From: the human T2T-CHM13v2.0 reference genome, Homo sapiens
Reading direction: 5' to 3' (one strand)
Assembly: GCF_009914755.1 (NCBI RefSeq)
Contig: NC_060927.1
Length of the DNA stretch: 64,000 nucleotides
The notes under the pieces were generated by a model. It was not told the DNA's origin and ran no database searches. It saw only the letters and a list, made by a program, of their open reading frames with translations. Shown piece after piece: positions 1 through 18,599 of the stretch (position 1 is the first letter of the stretch; every line of letters starts with the position of its first letter). The translations under genes were made by a program, and so were the position numbers.

Positions 1-74
1 CTTTTCAGATTGCCTTCATTTAGTTAGTAATATAAATCTAAAGTTCTTCCTCTTCTACCTGGCTTGATAGCTTT

Positions 75-530
75 TTAAAAATATATTTTGATAAGAATAC
101 CTAACATGAGATCTAACTTCTTAGCAGATTCATAACTGTACAATACAATAGGGTTACAACAGGCACACTGCTGTATAGAAAATCTAGAACCGGTTCATCC
201 TGCATTACTGAAACTTTATACCCACTGATAAGCAGCTCCCCATTTCCCAATCCCCCTGCCCCAGCAATCATTGTCATTCTGCTCTTTGCTTCACTGAGTA
301 TAACTGTTTTAGATACCTCATATAAGTGGAATCATGCTGTTCTGTGACTAATTTATTTCACTTAGCCTAATTTCCTTCAGATTCATCCATGTTGTTTCAT
401 ATTGCATGATTTCCTTCTTTAAGTTGGAGTAATAGTCAATTGTGTGTGTGTGTGTATATATATATGTATATATACATATGTATACACACATACATACATA
501 TCACATTTTTTCTCATTTATTTATCTGCTT
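75..530 (-). mobile_element. Old L1 (L1MA/L1MB-type) 3' end fragment with embedded (TG/TA)n low-complexity tract
   Basis: Antisense L1M 3'UTR motifs such as 'ttttagatacctcatataagtggaatcatg' and 'attcatccatgttgtt'. Confidence 0.7.
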
Positions 531-559
531 ATGAAAATTTATTTTATAATAAACAAAAC

Positions 560-725
560 ATAGTTACCAGCTTTGTAAATCTGGGCAAGTCACTTGATCT
601 GACTGGATTCCTGATTAATAAGGTTAACAAAGACACTGCATAGCATTATGATAAAGAGCTACTTGAAGAATATATGCATGGCACTTAGAACAGTTGCAAG
701 AATGTACTAAGTAGTAATTATAATT
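560..725 (+). mobile_element. MIR fragment
   Basis: Core-like 'ctgggcaagtcacttgatct' and 3' 'gcacttagaacagt'; highly diverged. Confidence 0.55.
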
Positions 726-762
726 ATTTTTGTTGTTAACAATATTTTTGTCTTTTTTATGC

Positions 763-799
763 TGTGTGTGTGTGTGTGTGTGTGTGTGTGTCTGTGTGT
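763..799. repeat. (TG)n microsatellite
   Basis: Directly visible TG run of about 18 units with one interruption. Confidence 0.95.
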
Positions 800-2710
800 A
801 TACACACAACATAGGGAAATTACTTGTCTTTAAGCAAGATAAAAAGAATAAAACTCCACTAGTCAGGGAAAACTACCATTGACCTTACAGTTGATTTTCT
901 CCTACACAGTTTCTCAACAAAAATATTTCTCTTGAGTGTGTATAAAAAATCAGATTCTATTATATACGGTCTTTGGCAATGTGTTTTTAATTTTGCATTG
1001 CGACTTCAATTAGTAAGTATCCATATCATCACCTTAATGAATACATAATATTCGATTTTTGCATGTATTGCAAAGTAATTATTTGTATTCAATTCCAACA
1101 GCTATTTAGACTGATTTCTGGTTTTTTTCTTAAAACTTCTTAGAATAAAATCTTCGAACATAATATTCTCAATATTACTATTTTTAAAAGTAGCCAAACC
1201 AATAGATAAGACAGGGTACCCTCTTGTTTTAAATTTGTATTTATTTAATTGTAAGTGACCTTTTTTCTTAATTCTAATTTGTGTGTATTGACAATATCTT
1301 TTATTTTATTTAAAATTTGCAGCAACCCTAAGAGTTACACCTCATATCAATAATCTATAGTTCTTCGAGGATAAATTCAAAACATTTTTAATGTAATTTA
1401 CTTAAATAAGAATAACCTAAATTGTTAAATACATATATTTCAAGGCCAATACTATGGAATTTCTAATTCTATATGTCTCAGAGGTCTAAGAAATTCATGT
1501 TTTTAATACACTCAATAATTTTTCCCTTACACACAAGTGTGCCAAGTAGTGAATAATCACTGGCCTAAACCTGGTATTTTTACTCAATATATTTCTGCAG
1601 AGTGTTTAAAAGTTATAGTAAGAATGGTTTTGTAAATATCTCAATAAAGTACTTAGGAATTTGCATTGCAAAATAGTTTCATAGAGGCTTTAAGTTGCTT
1701 CCAGTTACCAGGTCCATACATTATTTGCTTGCTATTTTTTCTCAATTTTTAAATTTTATTTAAATATCGAAGTTAATATAATATGGGAATTTTATTAAAT
1801 TTGTAAATGAAATATAAGTGAAAAAATGGTAAAAACTTTTAGTTAAAGTATTTTAATTATCCCAGATATAGGACTCTCACTAAAGATTATGATAAATACC
1901 ATAAATTGCAATGAAATTGATAATGTGTAAAATGTAATTGGGTAGACTCCCATATTTACCTATATAAATTAGCTATTTTTAGGGATGATTTTTGTTCTCC
2001 AGGATATTTTCACTCTAATCCTCTCTGGCTCTTTTAAAAAAATTTCCCTCTACATTTTATACAGTTTTTTTCATACTCTACAGTAGATTTAAATGTACTA
2101 TTAGAATTTTTCTCATTGATATCCATTCTAATATCCAGTTTCTTATTTATTTCCTCTTCTGTTTTGTTTAGTATTACTTTGTTCATGTCATCTTGCTTAT
2201 GCCTTGCAGATTTCCCTTTTCACATTTTACAGAAGCAATTTACAGTATTGATGTCAATTTGTTTTCTAAAACTGCATTTGAGTTTCTGTCACAATAATTT
2301 CCAGTTATGTTTAACTTCTGAATTACGAACTTTTATTTCATTTTATTCTTTCAAGGTACATTTTCTGGGAACCCATGCATCTCCCATTTTATTTAGTAAC
2401 AAATGAGAAGAGGTATCCAAGCCTAATATTTTCTACTAGACATATTGAAGTGGGCTTACTTCTGTTAACGTTTCATTCAGAAGTCAACTACATGCAACTG
2501 GGTGCAGTCAGCTCTCATCTGAATTCCCTGATTCCCATAGGAATTAATCCAATTTAGCTTTTCTGGTCTGACCTGGTGGAAACTCATTCTATACCTACTA
2601 TATTAACAAAGAACATAAAAATCCCATATTCCTAATAATTGTCACCACTACATTTTCCTTGTTTCCTCTAATTTTATCTACATCTTTAAAATGATATATT
2701 CTAAGTTTGA

Positions 2711-5700
2711 GAGGAGGAGATGGAGCAAGATGGCTGAAATGAGCTCTCCAGTGATGGTCACCCACTGGAGTCACACCAAATTGAACAACTATCCATGCCG
2801 AAATGCACTTCCTAAGAACGAAAAATAAGGTGAACAATCACAGTACCTGGTTTTAACATCATATTAAAAAAAGAGACACTGAAGAGGTAGGAAAGACAGT
2901 CTTGAGTTGCCCACACCACTTCTCTCCCATCCCCTCTTAGTGGCCACATGGCATGGAGACATAATCTGTGCACTTGATGGAGGGAGAGCACAGTGATTGA
3001 GGGACTTAGCATTGGAACTTAGTGTTGCCCTGTGACAGCGGAAAGCAACACAGGGCAGAACTCAGTCATGGGGTCATTTTGGTGGGATCATGTTGACGAT
3101 CCTGGCAAGAGGCAAATTGTCCATCCGAGCAGTCAGAACCTGAGTTCCAGCAAGCCCTGCTACCACAGACAAAAGTGCTTTGGGGCTCTAAATAAACTTG
3201 AAGGGCAATCTATGCTACAGGACTGCAATTTCTAAGCAAGACCTGGTGCTGTGCTGGGCTTAGAGTCAAAGGACTTTGTCTTGTGGCTTGGGTTCCAGCT
3301 TAGCCACAGTAGAATAGAGCACCAGGGAGAAACCTAAGATTCATAACTCAAGGCCCTGCTCCCAGATAGCATCTCTGAATGCACCCAGGGCTAGGGGGAA
3401 CTCACGCTGGAGGGAATGACACAGGCATGGTTGTATTTGCCACCTACTGATTATAGAGCGTTGGGCCTTGAGTGAACATAAGAAGTAGCCAGGTAGTGGA
3501 CACCATGGGTCTTGGGTGAGATCCAGTGCTGTGCTGCCTTCAGGTATGACCCAGCACAGTACCAGTGGTGGCGGTCACAGGAGTGCTTGTGTCACCGCTC
3601 CCTCAGCTTCAGCCAGCTAAGCACAGAGAGAGACTCCTCCTACCTCAAACACATTTAATAATCAAACTCCCAAAGGTCAAGGATAAAGAAAAGATCCTAA
3701 AAGAAACAAGGAAAAAGAGCCAAATAACATACAAAGGAGCTCCAATATGTCTGGCAGCAGACTTTTCAGTGGAAACCTTACAGGCAAGAAGACAGTGGCA
3801 TGACATATTTCAAGAGTTGAAGGAAAAAAAAAAAAAAAAACTTGTATCATAGAATAGGATATCCAGCAAAAAATGTCCTTCAAACATGAAGGACAAATAA
3901 AGACTTTTCCAGACAAACAAGATCTGAGAGATTTCATCAATACCAGAACTGTCCTACAGAAAATCTTAAAAGGAGTTCTTCAGTCTCAAAGAAAGGAACA
4001 TTAATGAGCAATAAAAAAACATCCTCTGAAAGAATAAAACAAACTGGTAATAGTAGGCACATAGAAAAACACATATTATAACACTGTAATTGTCGTGTGT
4101 AAAGTACTAATACATGAGTAGAAAGACTAAAAGATGAACCTATCAAAAATAGTAACTACAACAACTTTTCAATACATAGTCAATGCAGTAAGATATAAAT
4201 AGAAACAACAAAAAGTAAAAAAGAGAGGCAAGTAGTTAAAGTGTAGAGTTTTTATTAGTTTTCTCTGTTCGTGTGTTAGTTTGTTGGTATACGCAAACAA
4301 TGTAAACTTGTCATCAATTTAAAATAATGAGATATCATTTGCAAGCCTCAGGGTAAACTCAACTCGAAAAATCCTATCACAAACACCCAGAAAATTAAAA
4401 CATAACACTACGAAAATTGCTTTGACTAAAAGGAAAACAAGAAGGAAAGAAAGTAGAGAGAGCACATGACAAAACAACCAGAAAACAGATAACAAAATGG
4501 CAGGAGTAAATCCATACTTATCAATAATAATATTGAATGTCAGTTGACCAAACTGTCTAATCAAAAGACATAGAGTGGCTAAAGGAATTTTTTAAAAAGA
4601 CCCAACAATCTATTGCCTGTAAGCAGCATATCTCACTGCTAAAGAAACCCATAGACTGCAAATGAAGGGAAGGAAAAAGATATTCCATTCGAATGCAAAG
4701 GAAAAAAGAGCAAGAGTAGCTATGCTTATGTCAGACAAAATAGATTTTAAGACAAAAACTATAAAAATAAACAAATGTTGTTATATAATGGTAAAAGGGT
4801 CAATTCAGCAAGATAATACAATAATTTTAAATATATATGCACCCAAAACTGGAGCTCCAGGATATATAAAGCAAATATTATTCGAGTTAAAGAGAGAGAT
4901 AAACCCCAATACAATAAGAGGTAGAGACTTCAATATCACACCTTCAGCATTGGACAGCTCTCCCAGATGGAAAATCAACAAGGAAACTTGAGTTTATCTG
5001 CACTAGAGACTAAATGGACCTAATTAATATTTACAGGACATTTCATCCAATGGCTGCAAAATGCACAATCATTTTCTCAGCACACGAATCATTCTCAAAA
5101 ACAAACCATATGGTAAACCACAAAACAAGTCTTAAAAAATTAAAAAACAATGAAATTATATCAATTATCTTTTCTGACCACAATAGAATAAAACTAGAAA
5201 TTAATAAGAAGAGGAATTTTGGAAATTATACAAACACATAAAAATTAAACCATATGCTCCTGAGTGACCAGTGAGTCAATGAAGAAATTAGGAAGATAAT
5301 ATAAAATATTCTTGAGACATATGATAATGAAAACAAAACATATTAAAGCCTATGGGATATAGAGAATGCAATACAAAGAGCAAAACTTATAACAATAAAC
5401 ACCTACATGAAAAGGTAGAAAAACTTGAAATAACCTAATGTGAATCTTAAAGAACTAAAAAAGCAAGAGCAAACCAAACAAAGTCAAAGATAATAAATAA
5501 TAGAAATCAGACAATAAATAAATAAAATTGAAGAAAACACACAAAAAGAGCAATGAAAGGAACAGCTGGTTTTTTGAAAAGATAAACAAAATCTACAAAC
5601 TTTTAGCCAGACCTAATTTTTTAATATAGAGAGAAGATCCAAATAAATAAAATCAGAAATGAAAAGGGAAACATCACAATCAATAGCATAGAAATCCGAA

Positions 5701-8700
5701 GGATCATTAGTGACTACCATGAGCAATTATATATCAATAAACTGGAAAATCTGGAAGAAATGGATACATTCCTAGACATATGAAACCCACCAGGATTGAA
5801 GCATGAAGAAATCCCAAATCAGAATAGAACAATACCAATTAAAGAAATTGAAGTTCTTTTTTTTTATTATTATTATACTTTAAGTTTTAAGGTACATGTG
5901 TACAACGTGCAGGTTAGTTACATATGTATACATGTGCCATGCTGGTGTGCTGCACCCATTAACTCGTCATTTAGCATTAGGTATATCTCCTAATGCTATC
6001 CCTCCCCCCTCCCCCTACCCCACAAAATTTTCACAACCTACTCATCTGACAAAGGGCTAATATCCAGAATCTACAATGAACTCAAACAAATTTACAAGAA
6101 AAAAACAAACAACCCCATCAAAAAGTGGGCGAAGGGCATGAACAGACACTTCTCAAAAGAAGACATTTATGCAGCCAAAAAACACATGAAAAAATGCTCA
6201 CCATCACTGGCCATCAGAGAAATGCAAATCAAAACCACAATGAGATACCATCTCACACCAGTTAGAATGGCAATCATTACAAAGTCAGGAAACAACAGGT
6301 GCTGGAGAGGATGTGGAGAAATAGGAACACTTTTACACTGTTGGTGGGACTGTAAACTAGTTCAACCACTGTGGAAGTCAGTGTGGCAATTCCTCAGGGA
6401 TCTAGAACAAGAAATCGAAGTTCTAATAAAAAGTCTCCCAGCAAAGAAAAGCCCAGGACCTGATGGCTTCACTGCTCAATTCTACGCAACATTTAAACAG
6501 GAACTAATACCAGTCCTACTCAAAGTATTCCAATAAAAAGAGGAGGAGGGAATACTTCCAAACTCATTCTATGAGGTCAGTATTACTGTGATACCAGACA
6601 AAGACACATCAGAAAAGTTAAACTACAGGCTAATATCCCTGATGAACATTGATGCAAAAATGCTCAACAAAACACTTACAAATCAAATTCAACAACACAT
6701 TAAAGAGATCATTCATCATGACTAAGTTGGATTTATCCCATGGATGGAAGGATACGTAATATATGCAAACCATTCAACATATGCAAATCAATCAATATGA
6801 TACATCATATATCTACAGAATAAAGGAAAAATCATATGATCATTTCAATCAATGCTGAAAAAGCACTTGATAAAATTCAAAATCTCTTTATGATAAACTG
6901 TGGATAGAAGGAACATACCTTAATACAATAAAAGCCATATATGACAGACCCATAGCTAGTATCATACTGAATGGGGAAAAACTAAAATCCCTTCCTCTAA
7001 GATCTGGGACAAGACAAGGAAGCCCACTTTCACCATTGTTATTCCACCTAACAATGGTTAAGTAAGTCCTAGCTAGAGCAATCAGAGAAGAGAAAGAAAT
7101 AAAGGACATCCAATTAGAAAAGAAGATGTCAAATTATCCTTGTTTGCAGATGATATAATCTTATATTTGGGAAAACCTAAAGATTCCACCGAGAAACTAT
7201 TAGAATTGATAATCAAATTTAGTAAGTTGCAAGATACAAAGTCAACACACGAAAATCAGTAGCATTTCTATGTGTCGACACTAAACAATCTGAAGAAGAA
7301 ATCAAGAAATTCATCCTGTTTATAATAGGTACAAATAAAATAAAATAAAATACCAAGGAATAAAATTAAACAAGGAAGTGAAAGATCTCTACAATGAAAG
7401 CCATAAATATTGATGCAATACATTGAAGAGGACCAAAAACAGGAAGCATATTTCATGTTCATGGATTAGAAAAATTAATATAGTTAAAATTTTCATACTG
7501 CCCAAAGCAATCTACAAATTCAATGCATTCCCTATCAAAATACCAAAGACATCCTTCACAGAAATAAACAAAATAATCTTAAAATTTACATGGAATCACA
7601 AAAGACTCAGAGTAGCCAAAGTTAGAATGAGAAAAAAATAACAAAACTGGAGGAATCACATTACCTGACTTCAAGTTATACTACAGCACTATAGTAACCA
7701 AAATGGTGTGGTACTGGCATAAACAGACACATAGACCAATGTAACAGAATGGAGAACCCAGAAAGCCTATAATGAACTCATTTTTGATACAGGTGCCAAG
7801 AACATACACTGGGGAAAAGACAGCCTCTTCAATAAGTGGTGCTGGGAAAACTAGATATTCATATGCAAACAGATGAAACTAGACCCCCATTTTTTGCTAT
7901 ATACTCAAGTCAAATCAAGATGAATTAAATACTTAAATCTGAGACCTCAAACAATGAAACTACTACAGGAAAACTGGGGAAAATCTCCAGGACATTGGAC
8001 TGGGCAAAAATTTCTTGATTAAGACCCCACAAGCTGAGGCAACCGAAGCAAAAATGGACAAATGGGATCACATCAAGTTAAAAAGCTTCTGCACAGCAAA
8101 GAAAACAATCAAAAAAGTTAAAAAGAAGACACAAAATGGGAGAAAATATTTTCATACTATCCATCTGACAAGGGACTAGTAGCCTGAAATAAGGAGCTCA
8201 AACTCATTAGGAAAACATTTATAATATGATTTTAAAATGGGCAAAAAATCTGAATAGACATTTCTCAAAAGAAGGTATACAAATGATAAACGGTTATATA
8301 AAAAGGTGCTTAATATCACTGATCATTAAATAAATGTAAATCAAACTACAATGAGATATTATCTCATCCTGGTTAAAAAGAATATTATCCAAAAGGCAGA
8401 TAATAACAAATGCCAGAGAGGATATAGAAAAAAAAAAGAGAAATCTTCATGCAGTGTTGATGGGTATGTAAATTAGTACAGCCACTATGGAGAACAGATT
8501 GGAGGTTACTCAAAAAGCTAAAAAGTAGCACCACCATATAATCCAGCAAAACCCGTGCTAAGTGTATACTCAAAGGAAACAAGCATATCAAATAGATATA
8601 TGCAATCTCATGTTTATCACAGCACTATTCACAATAGCCAATATGTAGAAGCAATCTGGGTCTATCAACAGATGAATGAATAAAGAAAATGTGGTACATA

Positions 8701-9222
8701 TACACAGTAGAGTGCTATTCAACCATAAAAAGAATGAGATTCTGTTATTTGCAACATAAATGGAACTGGAGGTCATATGTTAAGTGAAATAAGCCAGGGA
8801 GAGAAAAGCAAATTTCACATGTTCTCACTTATTTGTGGGAGTTAAAAATTAAAGCAATTGAACTCATGTTGACAGAGTAGAAGGATGGTTACCAGAGGCT
8901 GGGAAGGGGAGTGCAGGGGTTGTGGGGAAGTAGGAATGGTTAATGGGTACAAACATATAATTAGATAGAATGAATAACATACAGTATTTGATAGCACCAC
9001 AGTGTGACTTTAGTCAAGAATAATTTCTTGTACATTTTTAAAATAACTAAAATTGTGTAATTGGATTGTAACACAAAGAAGGGATAAATGCTTGAGGTGA
9101 TGGATTTCCCCATTACCCTGATGTGATTATTATGCATTATATGCCTGTTTCAAAATATCTGATTTACCTCATAAACATATACACTTATTATGTGCCCATG
9201 AAAATAAAAAATAAATAAATAT
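2711..9222 (+). mobile_element. Near full-length, decayed L1MA2/L1MA3-type LINE-1 with internal 5'UTR-ORF1 deletion
   Basis: L1 5' end 'ggagcaagatggctga'; ORF1 C-terminal fragment (ICLAADFSVETLQARRQW); ORF2 EN fragments (4662-5241); L1MA-type 3'UTR ('ggataaatgcttgaggtgatgga...tatgtgcccatg') and A-rich tail near 9200. Confidence 0.9.
5858..6408 (-). mobile_element. 5'-truncated, 5'-inverted L1PA3-like insertion nested in L1MA ORF2
   Basis: Poly(T) and antisense 3'UTR at 5858-6023, sense ORF2 3' segment at 6024-6408, 16-bp TSD AAGAAAT(T/C)GAAGTTCT at 5842-5857 and 6409-6424. Confidence 0.95.
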
Positions 9223-10304
9223 TTTTAAAATTGTATATTACATATCTTTTAAAATGGAATGTTTAAATACCTTTGCATCCTCCTCATTTTGGTTTGATTC
9301 CTTACCATCATTTATTGCTCCTCAATGGATGAGAGCAGAAACTGATAGGAAAGAAAAGAGAGGGTACTAGAAATCCCATTATATCAATGAGGCCACATCT
9401 GTAAAATAGAAAGTCATGATTAGATCTGGGGGTTTCTGATATAATTTTTAGGCCATAGACAATGGAAAAAAATTACCTACAAATTTGCACTGCTCAGGAC
9501 AGCAATGAACATGTGAACTGTCAATCATGTTTCTTTACTTAACTCTGTATAATTACCAGGTCGTTACTAGAATTTCTTCCAAAATTCTGGAAATATATTG
9601 ATAGCATTTTGTTTTTTCTTCTTCTTTGTTCTTCTGGCAGTCATAGTTATGTTAGAAAGAAGTTTTTCGAAGACACAGGAGCAAATTCAAGCAAGAACTC
9701 TTTTTATTAATAAAAAAGTAAAGAATCAGAATCACTTCTAATATATCTTCAGCTGTGTGCCTGGTTATTCCTTCCCAATCCCAAAAGATCATGTTTTGTT
9801 TGTTTGTTTGTTTGTTTCTTAAAAGAGCAACACTGAGAGAACAAAATCCAAGTCCTTCAGGAGGAAATTAAATATTTAGATGGTGTAGCCCCCAAACAAA
9901 TGACCAGCTTCCCTTCCTCTTCCAGCCCTAAACTAGCAACAGAGAGATTTATGTTATGTAGGAAACATGCCTACCTATACACTTCTGCCTGTCTTTGCTA
10001 ATGCTACCCTTTCCCTGCATTTTCCATATTGAAACCCTTCTAGTCCTTAAGGCATCTCACAAATGATGCATAGTTAGAAGCTTTATTTGTATTTTCTCAT
10101 TAAGTGAATCTATTCCCCTTTATGCCACATTCTGATTTTCAAAACAGTATTTTGCAGTACTCACAAATAAGTATTGAATCTCGTTCATGTCTTACCTAAT
10201 TAGTTCTTCTCTTCATCTCTATAGTAGCTGTTTTAAAACCTCACGCTTGTCAGATACCCTGTTCCACTACTCCCCATTCACCTTTACAGAGAAAATGTCA
10301 TCCA

Positions 10305-13140
<2,836 letters not shown>

Positions 13141-13559
13141 AGTCATCTATGAGATAGGAACTGTATTAAGTATCAAAATTAATCTTTATGCTAATATGTC
13201 TTCTCCTGTCATCACTATGGAAGACCCTCCATTTTTGCTGCCAAAGATTAATTTCTTTACTCATACATTGGGTTCAATCTGCCCTCTTTACGCTGAGTAA
13301 TTAACCTTGTCAGATAACAACTAGTTTATTTTAATAACAATCTCTTTTCATATTTTATCTCTTCATCAGTATTTCAAAATATTCAATATTTCTGACATTA
13401 ACATTATTTCTGTCATCTCAAAAATAACTTTTAAAAACATATTTAACATCTACAATATTTAGGTGCTGTGAATATAAGAAAATAGTTGCTCCCTTTGGCT
13501 TGCATTTATTCTTTATAATTATTAGGATCAATAAAATAATACCTTCTAAGTGTCTTTTT

Positions 13560-14060
13560 CTGCCCTATGTTCCTCTTGAGCTACAAAACCACAAACCAAA
13601 ATTCTTATGAGAATTTCCATGTATCCTCCACAGTAAGCAAATCCTTCCTCTTATTGTATTTCTCTTGCAAAGTCCCTTACTTAGTCAATACTGACACAAT
13701 TCAGCCCATTGGGAAAATTAGAAACTTGTCTGTATTATTTGACTTTTCATTGTCTCTCAGTACTAACCCCCAATCACCACCAGACCCTGTCGTTGTCTTA
13801 AAATTATCTTTTCAATCTTCTCACATCTCTTCTTATTCATATTCATACTTACGGTCCCAAACACCTGGTTAACAACATTCTCCTGAGTTCTCTTTATTCA
13901 GATAAAATCTATAATTTACAGAGCAGATCAGAGGAATGTTTCTAAATTACACAACTGATAGTGCTGGCTAAAAATCTCAACGTGCTTCAAAGGCTCATTA
14001 TCTCCAAGAAAATGCCAAATTCTTTAGTGTGACACAGAAGGCTCTTCTGCCCACCTGAAT
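13560..14060 (+). mobile_element. L2 remnant
   Basis: Diverged L2-like motifs ('agaaacttgtctgtattatttgacttttc', 'ccaaattctttagtgtgacacagaaggc'). Confidence 0.45.
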
Positions 14061-14470
14061 GTTCCAGTAGAAGATGTATTATTTACTCACCACCTTTTCT
14101 TGTTTCCCTGAGAGCAGCACACCCTATTTTTTCCCTTGAAACAGAATAAGATAAGGATGCCCTCTCTCACAACTCCTATTCAACATAAGATTAGAAGTCC
14201 TTCCCAGAGCAATCAGGTAAGAGAGAGAATTTATTTATAAAAGGCATCCAAATAGGAAGAGAGGAAGTCAAACTGTCCCTATTTGCAGATAACATTATTC
14301 TATATCTAGAAAACCTCATAGTTTCTGCCCCTAAACTCCTTAAGCTGATAGACAACTTCAGCAAAGTTTCAGGATACAAAATTGATGTACAAAAATCAGT
14401 AGCATTCATATGCACCACGACATTCAAGCTGAGAGCCAAATTAGGAACACAATCCTAGTTACAATTGCTA

Positions 14471-16551
<2,081 letters not shown>

Positions 16552-18599
16552 ATACTACCCAAATCAATTTATAGATTAAATGCTATTCCTATCAAACTAC
16601 CAATAACATTCTTCAAATAACTAGAAAAAAAGTATTTTACAATTCACATGAAACTAAAAATGAGACCAAATAGACAAGGCGATACTAAGCAAAAAGAACA
16701 AAACTGGAGGTATTGTATTACCTGACTTCAAACTACTATACGGCTAGAGTAACCGAAACAGCATGTACCGATAGAAAAACAGACACACAGACCAATGAAA
16801 CAGAAAAGAGAGCCCAGTAATAATGCTGCACATCTATAGCCATCTGATCTTCAACAAAACTGACAAAAATAAGCAATGGAGAATGGACTCACTATTCAAT
16901 AAATAGTTCTGGTATAACTCACTAGCCATATGCAGAAGATTGAGACTGAACTCCTTCCTTACACCATATACAAAATCAACTCAATATGGGTTAAAGACTT
17001 AAATATGAAACCTAAAACTATTAAAACCCTGGAAGATAACCTAGGAAATACCATTTTGGACATAGAAATTGACAAAGATTTAATGATGAAGACACCAAAA
17101 GCAATTTCAACAAAAGCAAAAATTGACATGTGAGACCTAATTAAACTAAAGAGCTTCTGGACAGCGAAAGATACTGCCAACGGGGTAAACCGACAATCTA
17201 CAGAATGGGAAAAATATTTGCAAACTATGCATTCAACAAAGGTCTAATATCCAAAATCTATCAGGAACTTAAATAAATTTACAAGCAAAAACAAACAACC
17301 CCATTAAAAAGTGGGCAAAAGAAATGAACAGACACTTTTCAGAAGAAGGCACACATGTGGCCAAGAAGTATATGAAAAAATCCTCAATGTCAGAAATGAT
17401 CTAAATCAAAACCACAGTGAGATACTATCTGGCACTAGTTAGAATGGCTATTATTATAAAATTAAAAAACAACAGATTGGTGAGGTTGCAGAGAAAAGTG
17501 AAAATTTATAGACTGTTGGTGAGAGTATATTTAATAAATTAGTTCAGCCATTGTGGAAAGCAGTGTGGCAATCCCTCAAAGAACTAAAAACAAAATTACC
17601 ATTTGACCCAACAATCCCCATTATTGGGTATACAGCCAAAGAAATATAAATCATTCTGTCATAAAGATACATACACATGTATGTTCAATGCAGCACTTTT
17701 CACAATAGCCAAGATATGGAATCAATCTAAATGCCCATCAATGGTAGATTGGATAAAAAAAATATGGTACATATACACCATGGAATAGTATGCAGCCATT
17801 AAAATAGTGAGATCACGTCCTTTCTAGCAACAGGGATGTTCCTTAGTAAACTAATGCAGGAACAGAAAGATCCAAATACCACATGTTATCACTTATAAGT
17901 AGGAGCTAAATGATAACATCACATGAATACAAAAAGCAGAACAACAGATACTAGGCAGACTAGAGGGTGGAGGGTTGGAGGAGGGCAAGGATCAGAAAAA
18001 TATTGGTGCCATGATACCCATTCAGTACTATGCTCAGTACCTGTGTGACAAAATAATCTATACAGCAAAACCCCATGACATGAGTTTACCTATGTAACAA
18101 ACCTGTACATGTGCCCCTGTATCTAGAATAAAAGTTAAAAGAAATCTAAAAAAAAGACTTTTCCTAATCAGAAATTTTATTTCTTCTCCCATGCTCCTGT
18201 GACTCCAACCTGTTTTGAGGGCCTCCATATACCCCTTTCTTTGTCGTTGTCAGACACATGCAGAGGACCCATTAAAAGTCTCTAGGATCTAAAGAATAAC
18301 TGAGCCATGTAATGGAAACAGCCACTGTCTTTCTGAAATGCAGAACTCTCAACTGATTTTCAGTGGACAATTGTTTTGTGATAAACCACAACATTTTTGC
18401 GATAAATCATAAATGTATGGTACCTTTTTATTACTAATTGTAGTAACAAGCAAGTTACATTACAATAAACATGAGTTATACTACCATAATTAGTATATTT
18501 AGTGGAAGAAAGTTTAATTACAACAATAAAGTCCTTCATAGATGGATTGGCTAGCACAATAGACTAAATGAAAAGAGATATTTTTTATTTTTATTTTTT

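Noticed and set aside
6138-6536. 132-aa ORF with scrambled ORF2 order
   Set aside because: Chance in-frame read-through from the nested L1PA3 across the TSD into the host L1MA.
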